From Rozella allomycis CSF55 (lineage: Eukaryota): 64,000 nt of DNA. Under the pieces are notes generated by a model, which saw nothing but the letters and a program-made list of their open reading frames with translations, searched no databases and had not been told where the DNA came from. The position numbers and the translations under genes are program-made. Location of the stretch: contig KE561161.1 in the NCBI GenBank assembly GCA_000442015.1, positions 1 through 64,000 of the forward strand, written 5' to 3'. This document shows, piece by piece, positions 26,867-41,060 of this stretch; within the stretch, counting starts at the first letter, position 1; the number at the start of each line of letters is the position of its first letter.

Positions 26867-27794
26867 TTAGATGAAATCTTTATTTATAGATACTTTTATC
26901 ATGGAATGGAAATCTATCATAGATACCACACAATGTTACCACTTCTGCAAATCGGACATTTGTGAGATTGTGACCTCAATTGCTCTGCACAGTCCCCACA
27001 TAAACATAGATGCCTACATGGCAAGACAATTACCGATTTTTCTTCTGACATGCATATTATGCATTCTCGTGTAGTTCCTAAAGAATCTGTTGACGTATTT
27101 GTAGTTGTGTTCATGTCATTATCATAATTTGGACAACCATAAATTTCAAGCAACAGGTATTTTTTCCTCAATTAGATGAATAAATTAAGATACCCATAAT
27201 CATATATTTCAGTATTTTTAATCTGTGAAATGTATTTGTCTTGCTCATGAAGATCAATTTGTAGCTCGTAACACACCGCCTTACAGCTACTCTCGTTTTC
27301 TAAATTGATTAAAGCGCTGAAATTAGTTGGGAGCTCCATTTTGTTGAATAATAATTTGACATCATGGGGTCTAATATTTGCTGCGCATTCTATTTGGTCT
27401 GAATCAATTTTAGAATCACTTAATTCATAATGATAAGTTAAAGTTACTTGTGAATAATTGTGGCTTTTACGGAACAATATGATGAACTCTTGATTTTAAA
27501 CTCAAATGTCGGATTTTCTTTGGCATGAAATTGTAGACTACCTCTTATTAGACAAAAATCAAGAATGATTGGTTGGCAATAACTGTGCTGCATCGATATA
27601 TTAATGTCTTTGGACATTGGAACTTTATCAAAAAAAGAGGATGGTGTTCCATTGGCCAATGTTACTACTAATGGTGTATTTGGTGTCTCTGGAACATTTG
27701 AAGAGTATACTTGGGTATTATCGGTGTTGTTAAGTTCTACAGTTTCACTGGCGCTACTTAGACGTCGAATAAAACGATTGAATTGATTAAACAT
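26867..27794 (-). CDS. MGRN1/RNF157/LOG2-like RING-HC E3 ligase
   Basis: YLLLEIYG followed by ECIICM..VLPCRHLCLCGDCAEQLR..KCPICR. Confidence 0.85.
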
Positions 27795-27898
27795 GGTGCT
27801 TAGAAACGGATGTTAATAAATCCTGATTCTGATCAAACGACAACAAGTGCCCATTTTTAAAATATTTATGTATATTATTTATAATTTATAGATTGTAA

Positions 27899-28630
<732 letters not shown>

Positions 28631-28693
28631 CGAAATGTGGCTTAACACTGCATGGGGCTTTTATTAGTAATGAAGACATAATCAATTGAAAAT

Positions 28694-29686
28694 TCATGAA
28701 AACATGCATTTATTAATTCCAAAAACCTTGAGGGTTCCTGAATTTGGATATCTTGAAATTTTCCCTGTCACACTGGTTGAAATAAAGTAGTATTCCGTGC
28801 AATTAGTTATTTTAAATGAAGAGGCTAAGATTTTAGCTCCGAATACACCTTTTCTTTGCGATCCACTTATAAGATTTAAAATGTATTTTTTGTTGTCCAC
28901 TATCAAAGTCGCTCCCTGCTTTAACATGCAAAGAAAAACTACCTTTAGATTTTCTTTAGAAAAATATACAAGATAGAACCATAAGTTGTTGGCGTTAATA
29001 ATGGATTCCTTTGGAGACATATGCGTGCCTACAATGATGGGTGAACCATATTCTCTTGGGATGTAGCCACCAAAATCCTTTAAATTAACAATAAAATATG
29101 CTCGTACTTGGCATAAGTATTTTCCATTAACACTAATTCCAACTTCAGTAAATGAGTCCTCTGTCATTGCTGAGCATGTGTGTCTTTGAGAAAGGAGAAA
29201 GTCCTCTCGATTAGACTTTAAAAATATTATTTACTATTGCATTAGCTGGAGACTCAAAGCTATCGTACAAATTTTCTCCGATGATTGCTGGACGATAGAA
29301 GTGCCAAATTCGGTCAGACCACTTACATGAACCGAATGGCTTACATTTTCCTGGGCAAGTGTCATGTTGAAAACACCTGAGTTGTGGTGATTTCTAAAAT
29401 TTTTACTTGTCATTCATGTTGGTGCATTGAAACTTCGATGATTTGGTTAGCCCTGATGACCATGTCAATGGATCAATAGAGACGGCATCTTTGACACATG
29501 AATTAGCTTCTAAAGAGATTGAGAATCTTTTCCCATATCCCGAAGGATCTTGAAAACATTTATCCTTTAGTAGTTACCAATTCTTACAGCGTTCGAGAGG
29601 AACATGAACGTTCGTTCATAATAGGATAAAGAGGTAATATTTTGTGCGTTCAAAATATTAAGGAACAATACCAAGAAATATTTCAT
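28694..29686 (-). CDS. Secreted CAP/SCP-domain protein (bacterial-type)
   Basis: Spliced by hand: signal peptide, ERTFMFLSNAVRIDP, PLTWSSGL, CFQHDTC, DRI, GENL, H...M....FTEVGI. Confidence 0.7.
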
Positions 29687-29740
29687 TGGAAACGGATGTA
29701 AACAAATACGATCAGATTAATTTTTATTGCTCTCACTCTG

Positions 29741-31627
29741 CTAGTACTCTTCTTTCGCAAAAAGTGGAAAAGGTTGATTTTTGTCATGTATAAAACCGAT
29801 ATGTGCTATTCTATCTCCAGACATTGCAACTGGGTTAGAGCTTTTGCCTATTATTATTGATTTGCAAGGAGCGTAATATTCATCCACAATGTTTCCAAAT
29901 ATATCACGTATAGTGGCAATTAATTCACCTTTATCTACAAAAACGCTAACTTTAGGGTAAACCTCCAGAACACCACCTGTTCTTGTATACATCCAATATC
30001 CATGCGAGCAAATTATTGGTTGATGGTTTAAATCTTTGCCAGGATGACTTCTCATACCAAAGTAATGAAGAATGTTTAAAAGTCCAGAATAGCACCATGA
30101 CGTATAGGTTTTTTGTATTGTTTGAGGATTCCCAATTTCAACAGTGATGACCTTCACTCCTCTCGTTGAAGCAGCTTCCCTCAATGTTCCATCTTGGCCG
30201 TTGTTGTGAAGAATGATTTGCGGGCACATTAATTTGGCCATCTTAAAAAAAGCTAAACTATTATTTACATGTGAGACCGCTTCATCGTGTAGGTTGGCTC
30301 GAACGTAAAAAGAATTCATCCTACCAAATGATGCAGTATGTAGATCAATAAGCACATTTAAGTGCGAAACAATCTTAGTCATTAAATGATATGCGTAAAT
30401 TTGGGAAGGCATCCCCATTTCATTCCCTGGAAACTCCCTATTTAAATCTCTCTTATCAATAAATTCTCTGGTATACGCAAGATATCCTTCATTAAAACAA
30501 AATAGGTTCAATTACCAGGGACATTGACACATGGTATAGCGACAATTGTTCCATTTAAATTTTCACAATCTATTTCCGCCATAAGACGATGAATGCAAAA
30601 TACACCATTTAATTCATTGCCATGGACAGCTGCCGTCAATCCCAAAGTTGGTCTATTCATTTGAATTATCGATTCATACCCGTTGTTGATGCCCCGTGCT
30701 ACAATAAGTGGTACTCTAATCCATTCAGATAGTCCTTGCTTCATCAAATTCAGCCAAGCGGTGCTAACAACCCCAATTTTGAAGTCTTCCAAATTAAAAT
30801 CTTCGATAACAATAGGTTTAGAATACTGGTGAAAGTTAAGTTTTCAGAATTACGTTAGCTGTTTTAAAGATATCTCTTTTGCCACCAATTAAGTCCAATA
30901 TATCGTTATCAGCATTAGGCTGCAATAAGTTTTCCTTTTCAAAATCGTTCATGATACTTTTGCCGTCTAATTTATTCCTGTATTCATCTTTCGGTATTTC
31001 GTTCATGTCAATAATCAGTAATGTATTATCATCTCCGTTTTGACAAATAGGTTTTATATTTAAGCAATGAAAACCAATCCCTTCACTTGTTAATGAATGA
31101 TTTATGACTAAAGTATCACCTTTGGATAGTAAATAAGATGTATTCTCTTCAAGTTCAACGCTAATACGGCCTTCAATACAATGTATTAAAGAAACATAAC
31201 CAAAAAGATTCCGAGAAAGAGGCGCATAGGTCTGTGGCAAATGTTCAATTTGTGCGGAGATTCTAAATTTACTTTTATCATAGCTAAGGTTTAGACCCAA
31301 CACGGGACTTTCATTTTTGTCGACATTATGAAGTTCATATTTGTACCCGAAATTATATATCTTCAATGGCTTCAGATTTAGATTAATATTTCCCTCCACT
31401 TGAGCGTGCAGTTTTGATTTTCTGGTCAACAAGACATATATACTAGTGATTGTACTGTTTTCATTAAAACTGGCGTAATGTCCTTGAATTTCTATTAGTG
31501 AAAAACACCAATTATTGTTTAAGTTATTTTTTCTTGCTTCTGTTTCTCCTGATGCTAATATTCTAGTCAAGACTTCACCGTTTCTATTTTCAATGGATTC
31601 ACTTAGCTTTATAATTTTAGTACTCAT
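29741..31627 (-). CDS. HutD/Ves-like domain fused to succinylglutamate desuccinylase/aspartoacylase (M14) domain
   Basis: HGNELNG, DLNREFPG, IDLHT, VEIG; the N-terminal ORF is joined in frame by intron 30826-30853. Confidence 0.85.
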
Positions 31628-31721
31628 CTTTTAAATGGTATTTCTTTAGAAGCCACTATCAGATATTGAGTATATAAGTCAACATGACATTTGGAAATTA
31701 TTTTTATTGCATTAATGATTA

Positions 31722-33017
31722 TCAATTAACTATTCCTTTGGAAGATGAGAAAAGTAACCAAGAGATTAATCCTACAAAGTATACGGAAGATGAAATATCG
31801 AACGCCAACCCCCAAGACATAACGCATTGATTGCTTTCAGGATGTGAATCTGTGCAATTACCATAGTGAAGCAGCATTCCAGTTAGTATAGGTGAAATTA
31901 TGCCTGGAAAAGTTGCTAAAGTGTTTGCAATACCAACCAGAATTCCAGAAAATTTGGGAGCCAGATCAAGTGCATTTGACGCGAAACCACAAAGAGACAA
32001 TCCACTACTTCCAACTGATATTAGAAAAATGCATATTTGTAAATGTTCTTCAGGTTGAAGCGTAGAAGTTAGGAATAGTAGCACGCATGGAATCCCGAAG
32101 CCAAGACCACCCATGATTTTTCTCACTGTAGTCGTATTTACACCAATATTATTAATCAAATGATCACTTAATCTTCCACTTAAAATTGTGCAAGCATACA
32201 AGCCTACATATGGAAGGCATGTTAAGAAACCGCCAGAATAGAACCCGAATCCCAACACATGATTTATATACTTTGGAAGAAAATTTAAAAGAAAATAAAA
32301 TGTCCAATTGTAACAAAAGTGATTAAAAAACATGATCCAGACCGGCAAGGATTTCAATAAAGTTGACCATGGAATACCTGAATGCTCATCATAGTTTTCA
32401 TTCGCTTCAAGGGACAAATACATCGAATTTAAGTATTTATATTTAAACACGATGAACACAATGCCCAGTGAAATGCCACAGAATCCCAATATGACAAAAG
32501 GCGCTTTGAGCCCGAGCGCATTGAGTAGACTCGGATAACTCACTAAAGCTAAAGCTGATCCCACATATGCTCCAGACCAAACAGTGGTGACAGATGTCGT
32601 AAATTTGCTTTTAGGAATCCAACGCCCGAGCATATTAGTCAAACAAGGGAAAAGCGCCTTATGATTAGTTGCTAATTAAATTACGCCTTGAAATAAACCT
32701 GTTAAAAATCTTAATGTAACAACAAAAGCCCAATTATGCGCCAAATAAGGGATAACCATTGTTGACAGGGAACTTCCTATTCTTGTGAAAGCAAGGATTA
32801 TTTCAGGACCGTATTTTTGAGATATGAACGCACTAGGAAATTGAGTTATTATGTATCCAAAGTAAAATGCTGACAAAACGGAACCTTGAGTTTTTTGCGT
32901 CCAATTGTATTCTGAAGAAAGTGGTATTATAGCTTGAGATAGAATAACTCTATCCAAGTACGACAAAGTCACAAAGAGAAAGCTAAAAAGTAAAACAAGT
33001 TGAATTGAAATCAACAT
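31722..33017 (-). CDS. MFS anion:cation symporter (SLC17/sialin-like)
   Basis: SYLDRV, LSAFYFGYIITQ, GRLSD, VRK, DLAPKFSGIL.GIANT. Confidence 0.9.
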
Positions 33018-33045
33018 TTCAGTTGAATAGACTTTAGAGATTTTA

Positions 33046-34420
33046 TTAAGTTTGCAAGCCATATTCATTGATATAATCTCTAAATTCTTCTTCGACGGTA
33101 TCATCTGATAGTCCATATTCATCTAGACAATATTTATGCCTTCCATGCTTTCCCTTTGAACATTTCGGATGGTTTTTACCTGTGGGTTATGCATCAGATA
33201 GTCTTTCATTTTAAGTTTAATATCTTCGGTTATAACTAGTCCGATTTTAGAATATATCCTTTCAACGATGGAAATGGGATTCTTCATTAATTCTACATAA
33301 TTAATGTCAATGTACTGCATTTGATTTGATTTAGATTTGTAGTCTTTTATACTTGACACAACCATTTTGCAATAAAGAAGACAAAAATTTCCAATATCTC
33401 TTCTATCTACCACTCTGTCTGCCAAACAATGATGAACAAAAGAAAGTAGCAGTTTACACAACGAACCAATGACAGTTTTAGGATGTCGGTGTGTAAAAAT
33501 TAAGAAACTATTAGGAAAAAATGATTTTAATGTTGGCAGATATAATGAATGAATCGGAGCTTTCAAGATCCAATGTGAATTTGGCTCGAATCCTGATTGA
33601 AGCATCTTTATGTATAACTGCAAAAATTTGTAAATCTCTTCTCTATTAGGACAATCAAGCTGTCTTTTAGCTATTTCCGGGCTGAGGATACTGCCAAATA
33701 TAAATAGTCCAAATTGCCTCAACATGATCACATACTCCTCTTCTACTGTGTGTGCATCATTGTAGTGACTTGCTAACATATTTTGGACTACTTCAGGTGA
33801 ATATCGTAGCTGATAATCTCTTGCTTTTTTAAAATTAATGAACCAAGGATGGCTACTATCTAACTTCTTAGTAGGCGGTTTCACAGGAGAATACGATGCA
33901 AAAGACATTTCATAATATAAAGGGGATCTTGCATTTAGATCGCACGACAATAAGTTTTGCAAAAGTGTGCTTCCAGTTCTAGGCAATCCGGTAATTATCA
34001 ATTGCTGTTTCAGATCAATATCCGCTATTTGAGGGTTATCCACAATAAAGTCCATAAACGATTTTCTTTGATTCATCGCCAAGAATCGATTTACCTGGCA
34101 GTAAGAAATTGTTCTAAAAGTTCTGTTATTACCATTCGTCCAATTACAGTGAATTTCCCGGGAACATTGGCAAGATCAAGTATAATCTCTGTAGCGACTT
34201 GCTCGGTTAGTTTTTGAGAACCAAATATCTTTGTATGCGACTCATCAACTAATAATTTAGGCAGCAATTTTCTAAAGAAACTACAGGCAATTACGTACTT
34301 AGGGCTAATTGGCAACAGTTGAATCCCGAGAATCCAAAAGCAAATGTCTCCAATTCTGTTGATTATCCATAATAGAATGAATGAAAACTTGAACTCTTCA
34401 ATCAAATACTTGCGCGACAT
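33046..34420 (-). CDS. Sulfotransferase (Sulfotransfer_3 type)
   Basis: IITGLPRTGSTLL PAPS loop, WILKAPIH, FTHRHP, C-terminal NPQGKHGRHKY..YGL after splicing. Confidence 0.9.
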
Positions 34421-34728
34421 AAACTTCTGAATTTCTGTAAGCAGATTGTGATTGAATAGATTTCCAAAATTGGCTCATATCAACCGCGCTAATAAATAGC
34501 TATTTAAAATTAAAATCTATATGTCTATTTTAAAAAAGAGTTGAATCAGTCCAAATTAAGTATTTTTATATTATTCTATTTTATGCAATTATCGTTTACA
34601 TATTGTTACAACCGGTAACTAAATGAATGAAAATCTTAAATAAGAAATAGTGATCTAATTATAAGATTTCTTTGTTGATTACTTTATTGGCATCAAAAAT
34701 TTTTTGGCATCAAGGGAAATTTCAAAGT

Positions 34729-36720
34729 ATGGATAAAGAGATTCAGACAGATAATAATTTACTCTTTCCAAGGAAGATGAAAGATTCAAAAGAAAAAATT
34801 GGTAATAACTTATAGTTAAAAGCTTAAGAGCAACTTAGACCTAGTTTCACTGATTTTGATAAAGTTGTTGATTTAGATGAATTCGAATACATAAATTTTG
34901 ATGACCCTTCAATTAAATTAGTAAAAAGCCAATAAAAAATATTTTAGGAAGTTATAAGATTGATATGTCAGTATCTTCAGGATGAAGGATATACAATCTC
35001 CAAAACAATAATTTGCGATGAAACCAATGTTAAGCTCAAAGAATATGACGACAAAGCGAATATTTTGCAAAAGCTCAAACGGTATATTGTTGAAGGAGAT
35101 TGGATTGAAGTGGAAAAGTGTATAGGGAAAATTGGGTTTGACCAAAAAGTTTTACTTTTCGAAATATATAAGCAGCAATACTTGGAATTAATAGAGTCAC
35201 GTGAAATCCAAAAAGTAGTCATATTTTAATTGATGCAAAGGCGTTTTCATTCTTGTTGAAAAAACTGAAACCATTTGAACACATTGACTCTACAGGAAAC
35301 ACATTTAAAGATTTATGTTATCTATTAACTGTTAAATCAATTCACGAAGTTCAATCCTTCCGCCATTGGGAAGGCGTTCAACAAGGCAGGTATCGAAGAT
35401 TATGCAATCTAAAAGAGAAAAATTGATCGAACAAATAAATTCTTCTTGCTTAGTCCCAAATGCCGAAAATGACGATTCCGCCGAATCGATTAATCTTCCA
35501 AAGCAGCGGTTAAAGAAATTACTCAATCAGGCGGCTTCATATCAATTCGCTCAAAGAATGCATCAAACAGAAGAGCCAAAACCTAAAATTTCTAGGTAGA
35601 TGTCGTATTTTTAAAATTAGCAGTCTTTTTGAAGATTATTGTCCGCGCCTTATTCCCAATGATTGCCACTCAATTTTAAAGGGCGAAAATCACCCTTTAA
35701 AATGTGTTTCATATTTGGGAAGTCATTCAGAGTATTTAGTTGCTGCTGGAACGTCTAAATTCTTATATTGCTGGGATTTAGGCACATCCTGTTTAATTTC
35801 TAAAGTTGACGCTCACGAATCCAAAATATGGGATGTTTGTTGCCACAAAGATTACATTTTTACTAGTTCTGCTGATTCCACCGTCAAAGTACAGCCTTCC
35901 CATTTCTTTAAACAGCTCTTTGATATTCGACAACGAAAAATTTCTCATCTTTCCACATTTTCTTTAGACAGCATCAATTCAGACATTTACACCTGTCATT
36001 ACCACGGTTTCAACGTATTTACATCAATTTAGAAAAATTGTAGAACATTCTTGCAAGTGGAGGATATGAAAAGAAAATAACATTATTCGATGTTAAAACA
36101 AATAGATTAATAAAACTGTTTGAAGGTCATGAAATGGCAATCACAAAATTGTCCTTCAATTTGGCGGGAAATTTAGTTCTGAGTGGCTCAAAGGATGGAA
36201 CTGTAAAAGTTTTTGATACAGTGTCGGGGCTATGTGTTAAAACAAGTAATGAATTGGCATTACATTTACAGTCGACTGTCATCTAGGAGAAGTTACATCT
36301 GTAAGGTTAGATAGTAATGGGATTCATATGCTTACATCTTCGAAAGATAATTCCACTCGATTATGGGATTTTCGAATGGTAAATATTCATTACTCGATTT
36401 TAAGAAAGCTTCGTCCTCTTGTCAAATACAAAGGACATCAAACGACCTCCAAAAATTTTGTCAGATCATCTTTTGGTAATTCTAAAACCATCGTAAGTGG
36501 ATCTGAGGTATGAATATTAATTAAACAATAGAAGGACGGCCACGTGTATATTTGGGATATGAATTCAGCTGAATTGCTTCAAAGGCTCCCTGGTCACACA
36601 GGTGTAGTTTATGACACCATTTGGTCTGACAAACAATCAAAATTGGTAAGTTGTGGGGAAGACGGTAATTTAATGTTATGGAAATTCAATCCTCGAACTA
36701 AAGACACTTTCTTTATTTAG
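34729..36720 (+). CDS. LisH-CTLH-WD40 protein
   Basis: ICQYLQDEGY (LisH), IVEGDW..KQQYLELIE (CTLH), several GH..WD repeats; 9 introns; the stop overlaps the convergent PYM gene. Confidence 0.8.
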
Positions 36721-37132
36721 CCTCCAATAAATTTATTTTGCGTAATACTTCATCCTTACTCTTTAATTTCGCCATTTGATCATTATTTAATATTGTACCA
36801 TTTGAAAGCTTTGTTTCAATGTCCTCAATTTGTCGGAGCTTTTTCTTCAAAGAACGTAGTCGTTTAGTGTCTTCCATACTCATACCACCCAATGAAACAA
36901 CAAGTTGATCAACTAAAGCATCATATTTCGGCTTATTTGATTCAACAACATGCTTCTCATGTTGAGAAATAGGTGTTTTGTCCATGGAATTCACTAGTGC
37001 ATTTTTTGGTGCTCTGCGTTGCGGTACTACATACTTGGGTCTATCCTCTAACGCTACATATCCTGTACGAACCTTATAAGATTTTCTCCATGTTCCATCT
37101 GGTCTTTGTGTACCCTGTACAGTTTCGGACAT
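36713..37132 (-). CDS. PYM1: Partner of Y14 and Mago (PYM/WIBG)
   Basis: TQRPDGTWRK..VR.GYV and LKKKLRQIE motifs. Confidence 0.9.
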   Translation of the reverse strand: MSETVQGTQRPDGTWRKSYKVRTGYVALEDRPKYVVPQRRAPKNALVNSMDKTPISQHEKHVVESNKPKYDALVDQLVVSLGGMSMEDTKRLRSLKKKLRQIEDIETKLSNGTILNNDQMAKLKSKDEVLRKINLLEAK

Positions 37133-37174
37133 TTTTCAAATATATTCGTGAAAAAAATATTTATGAAAATGAAT

Positions 37175-38171
37175 TTATTGTTCCTGTGCATTCATTTCAG
37201 CATGATTTATAGATTTCGCGGTTGCCTTAGTAGCTTCAATTTTGTTTTTCTTTAAAACATCCTTTTCCGCCGATTTTGATGAGTTGGGATCTAAAGACGC
37301 AGCTTTCATGATACAGTTTGTATTATATGTAGTATAATATCCAACACAAACCATTTGAGTCATGTACAGAGTTTGAGAAACCTCATTACTAGAAGTTACA
37401 GCGATGATAATTCCAGATATGATAAAATNCGTTACAGCGATGATTATTCCAGATATGATAAAATACAATGCCGCGGTCATTGAACTTTGCAAAAACTTTT
37501 TCTGCATCTTTAACCACCTATTTCCTTTGTATTTGCGTAATTTGATGTACACNAGTTACAGCGATGATAATTCCAGATATGATAAAATACAATGCCGCGG
37601 TCATTGAGCTTTGCAAAAACTTCTTTTGCATCTTTAACCACCTATTTCCTTTGTATTTGCGTAATTTGATGTACACTAAAATATTAAAAACAACGATCCC
37701 AGTTTCAATAACTGCAAGCCCAGCAGAGTCATAGTTTGTACCTTCGTAATGTATCATGCAATCAGGTAATATCACTGAAGTTGCTGCATAACCAATAACC
37801 ATGGCTCCGTAGAATACATTAATGAATATGATTATAGATTTAACAGCCCTGCCACTTGTTGGATAAGCATATTTCATTAGTGCATACAATTTTACATATT
37901 GAAGTGCATAATATCCAATAAAAGCTAAATACCAAATTATCACACCGTTTAAATACTTGACACCGCCGCAGCCCATATCTATACCATTTAAGATGAGTAT
38001 TTTGATGGTAAAATGTACCAACACAAAAATCAAAACGCCTATTTGAGCCTTTCGTCCGGGAGATTTGTCTTTTTGAATATAGAGGAATGATTCAATAAGG
38101 AATTTTATAGTTAACACTAAATATAGAGGAGCCAAAGTACGCAAGCTATCATTAAAGGCAAGGCCAGCCAT
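37175..38171 (-). CDS. Orphan 7TM-like membrane protein
   Basis: About 7 hydrophobic segments once the N-flanked duplications at 37429 and 37553 are collapsed; intronless. Confidence 0.65.
37395..37675. repeat. Tandem duplications around N37429 and N37553 (probable allelic artefact)
   Basis: About 120-nt copies differing at a few synonymous positions. Confidence 0.85.
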
Positions 38172-38297
38172 TTCAAAGTGAAATATATTTTCCGCATATA
38201 TAAATAAAGTGAGCAGCTTGGATGATCTACTTGACCTTCGGTTTTACGTCATTGTTGCGTCCATTAAAGGAAATTTCATTACAAGGTTTGACCATTA

Positions 38298-39622
38298 ATG
38301 AAATCGTTATTGTTTCTTACCCTTTTTAATTCCTTGGCTCAGAGTAGAATTTATTTCTCTGAAACATTTTCTGATAATGATGGATGGCAAAACCGTTGGA
38401 TTCAATCGACCAATGTAGATACTTATGGAAAATTCGAGAGGAAGTAATGTTATTTTAATACAGTTATCAAGCAATGGGCTTTTCCATGGTGATTATGAAG
38501 AGGCATATGGTTTAAGAACCTCTCAAGATGCAAAATTTTATGCGATAGCTTCTAAATTCAATCAAACCTTTGACAACAAGGACAAAGATCTTGTTGTTCA
38601 ATTTACTGTAAAGCATGAGCAAAACATTGATTGTGGTGGAGGTTACGCTAAGATTCTTTCATCTAAAGAAAATTTGTCAAAATTCAGCGGGGACACGACG
38701 TATTTCTTAATGTTTGGTAATGAACTCAATTGAATAAGAACAGGGCCGGATATTTGCGGAAGTTCTAGGAAAGTCCATGTGATAATAACGTACAAGGGAG
38801 AAAATAAGTTGATAAAACACGAAATAAATGCCCCTTCAGATGAATTAACTCATCAATACACCTTGGTTATTAAACCCAATCAAGTAAGAAGGTTTCTTTG
38901 CGATAATTGACTTTTAAAGTTTTGATTGATGGTGAAATCGTCCAAGAAGGGAATTTTCTGGAAAATTGGGATTTTCTCCCACCAAAGCAAATCCCAGATC
39001 CTGAAAAGAAGAAGCCATCGAATTGGGCGGACGAAAAAGAAATAATTGTAATTTGTTTTCATATATTTGAAAGGATCCTAATGACAAAAAGCCAGAAGGA
39101 TGGGACGATATACCACAAACAATTCAAGACGTGAATGCCGTTAAGCCGGAAGATTGGGATGAAGAATTAGATGTAATGAATTTCTTCTATATTGATTAGG
39201 GTGAATGGGAGCCACCTCAAATTCCGAACCCAGAATATAAAGGAGAATGGCAACCGCGACGAATCCCTAACCCTGATTACAAGGGTCCATGGGTTCAGCC
39301 AATGATTGATAATCCTGATTTTATTCCAGATGAGGAAATATATAGATTTAGTGACATGGGTGCTATTGGTTTGGATCTTTGGCAAGTCAAAAGCGGGTCC
39401 ATATTTGATAATTTTATCGTTACCGACAGTATTGAAGAGGCTCATGAATTCGGCAAAAACCACTGGGAAAAATACAAAAATGCCGAGAAAAAGGCTAAAG
39501 AGCAGCTAGATGAAGAAAATAGGAAAAAGCAAGCAGAATCGGCTCCTCAACAAGACGCATCTGAAGCAGAAGTCGGTGAAGAAATCGGCGAAGATATTAT
39601 TGATGAACATGAAGAACTTTAA
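38298..39622 (+). CDS. CALR: Calreticulin
   Basis: Signal peptide, TSQDAKFY, KHEQNIDCGGGY, MFGPDICG, P-domain repeats, GLDLWQVKSGSIFDN, C-terminal HEEL, no TM segment. Confidence 0.95.
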
Positions 39623-39709
39623 TAAATATTTTTTTAGCTTTAATGAAAAACTCGTTGTAAATATGACTTGCTTAATTGAGCAAGAGGCTTGTTAAATTTT
39701 GTATTTGTA

Positions 39710-40324
39710 ATGACGAGACTTTTATTTCGATGCTCTAGCATATTATTTAAAAACCCTGTTGTATTCTTTGGTAAATACAATTTGTTGTTCAGACCTAGAT
39801 GTTGCCGCAAATCAGCAACCTATTGGGAGGATCAAGTTTGAGCTATTTAAAGATGTGGTCCCTAAAACCGCTGAAAATTTCAGAGCTCTGTGTACAGGAG
39901 AAAAAGGTAAACGGCGTTATTGCTGCATATAGGTTTCGGCTATAAATCAAGTACATTTCACCGAGTGATTAAGAATTTCATGTGCCAAGGAGGCGACTTT
40001 ACAAACCACAATGGCACTGGAGGAAAGAGTATTTATGGTGTGAAATTTGAAGACGAGAATTTTAAATTGAAGCACAGTGCCCCTGGAATACTTTCAATGG
40101 CCAATGCTGGTCCCAATACGAACGGATCCCAATTCTTTATTTGTACTGTGCCTTGTCCATGGTTAGACGGAAGACATGTGGTGTTTGGAAAAGTAGTTGA
40201 AGGAATGGACGTTGTAAAGAAGATTGAAAGCTACAGTTTGAATTCATCTGGCGCCACTTCGCAAAAAATAATGATTGAAGATTGTGGAGAGGTTAAAGAA
40301 GAATCATCAACCGAGAGTGCTTAA
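39710..40324 (+). CDS. Cyclophilin A-type PPIase, possible mitochondrial presequence
   Basis: [45 protein letters not shown]. Confidence 0.95.
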
Positions 40325-40419
40325 TGAAATATACATTGTTTAATAAATTACAATTTGCCTGGGAAAAATTATTAATATTTGTTAATTAAATATAGTTTGT
40401 TTTATAACTAACGTATTAA

Positions 40420-41022
40420 TTAATAATGATCATTGAATAGCTGCATTGTTTTCATTAAAAGCGGTCGAATTTCATTCAATTCGTGTCTAGTGATATTCGC
40501 TAACAGCAAAATTATGAATTGTATTAATTACTATAATTTCCTTGTTGGCGTGTAAATCTTGAAAACCTTTTAAAGTTTTTCTTTGTCGCACTTCTCGTAT
40601 CGCTTGAACCAACCGCTTCACAATTTCAACCGAGGGAATAGTGTCTGCACAAGTCTCTAGAAGCAATCTAGATATTTCAAAAAAGTGTTGATGTAAATTT
40701 GTATATTCTTCGGTGTTCTTTTCATTGTCCAGAATTCGCTGAAGATATTCTTGCAAAACGAGTTGAAAAAGTGAGTACCTATAGTTAAAAACTCTGGGGT
40801 GACTATATTTGCTTTCAAGGCTCGTTTCAGTTCAAGAGCAAACCAGAGTGGCACTTTGACGATGGTGTTTGCGGTAAAGGGGCCCAAAGTGACCTATTTT
40901 GGCATTAATTGTTTGGCTACTGAAAATAATTTTTTTCTTGGCGCGTTGAATAGCGGGAATATTGATATCATTTCATCCTTGGCAAAGAATTCCAGTTCTG
41001 GCGGCGAAAAAGTAGACGCCAT
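40420..41022 (-). CDS. PSF2: GINS subunit Psf2
   Basis: FSPPELEFFA, GPF..VPLWFAL, IREVRQRK, ELNEIRP; the last intron is GT-TG. Confidence 0.92.
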
Positions 41023-41060
41023 TTTTCCTGCGCCACTAGGGAAAGATTTAGTTTAAAGTG

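Noticed and set aside
37395..37675. Tandem repeats as CRISPR-like arrays or real intragenic duplications
   Set aside because: No spacers; each junction is a single N and the copies differ like alleles.
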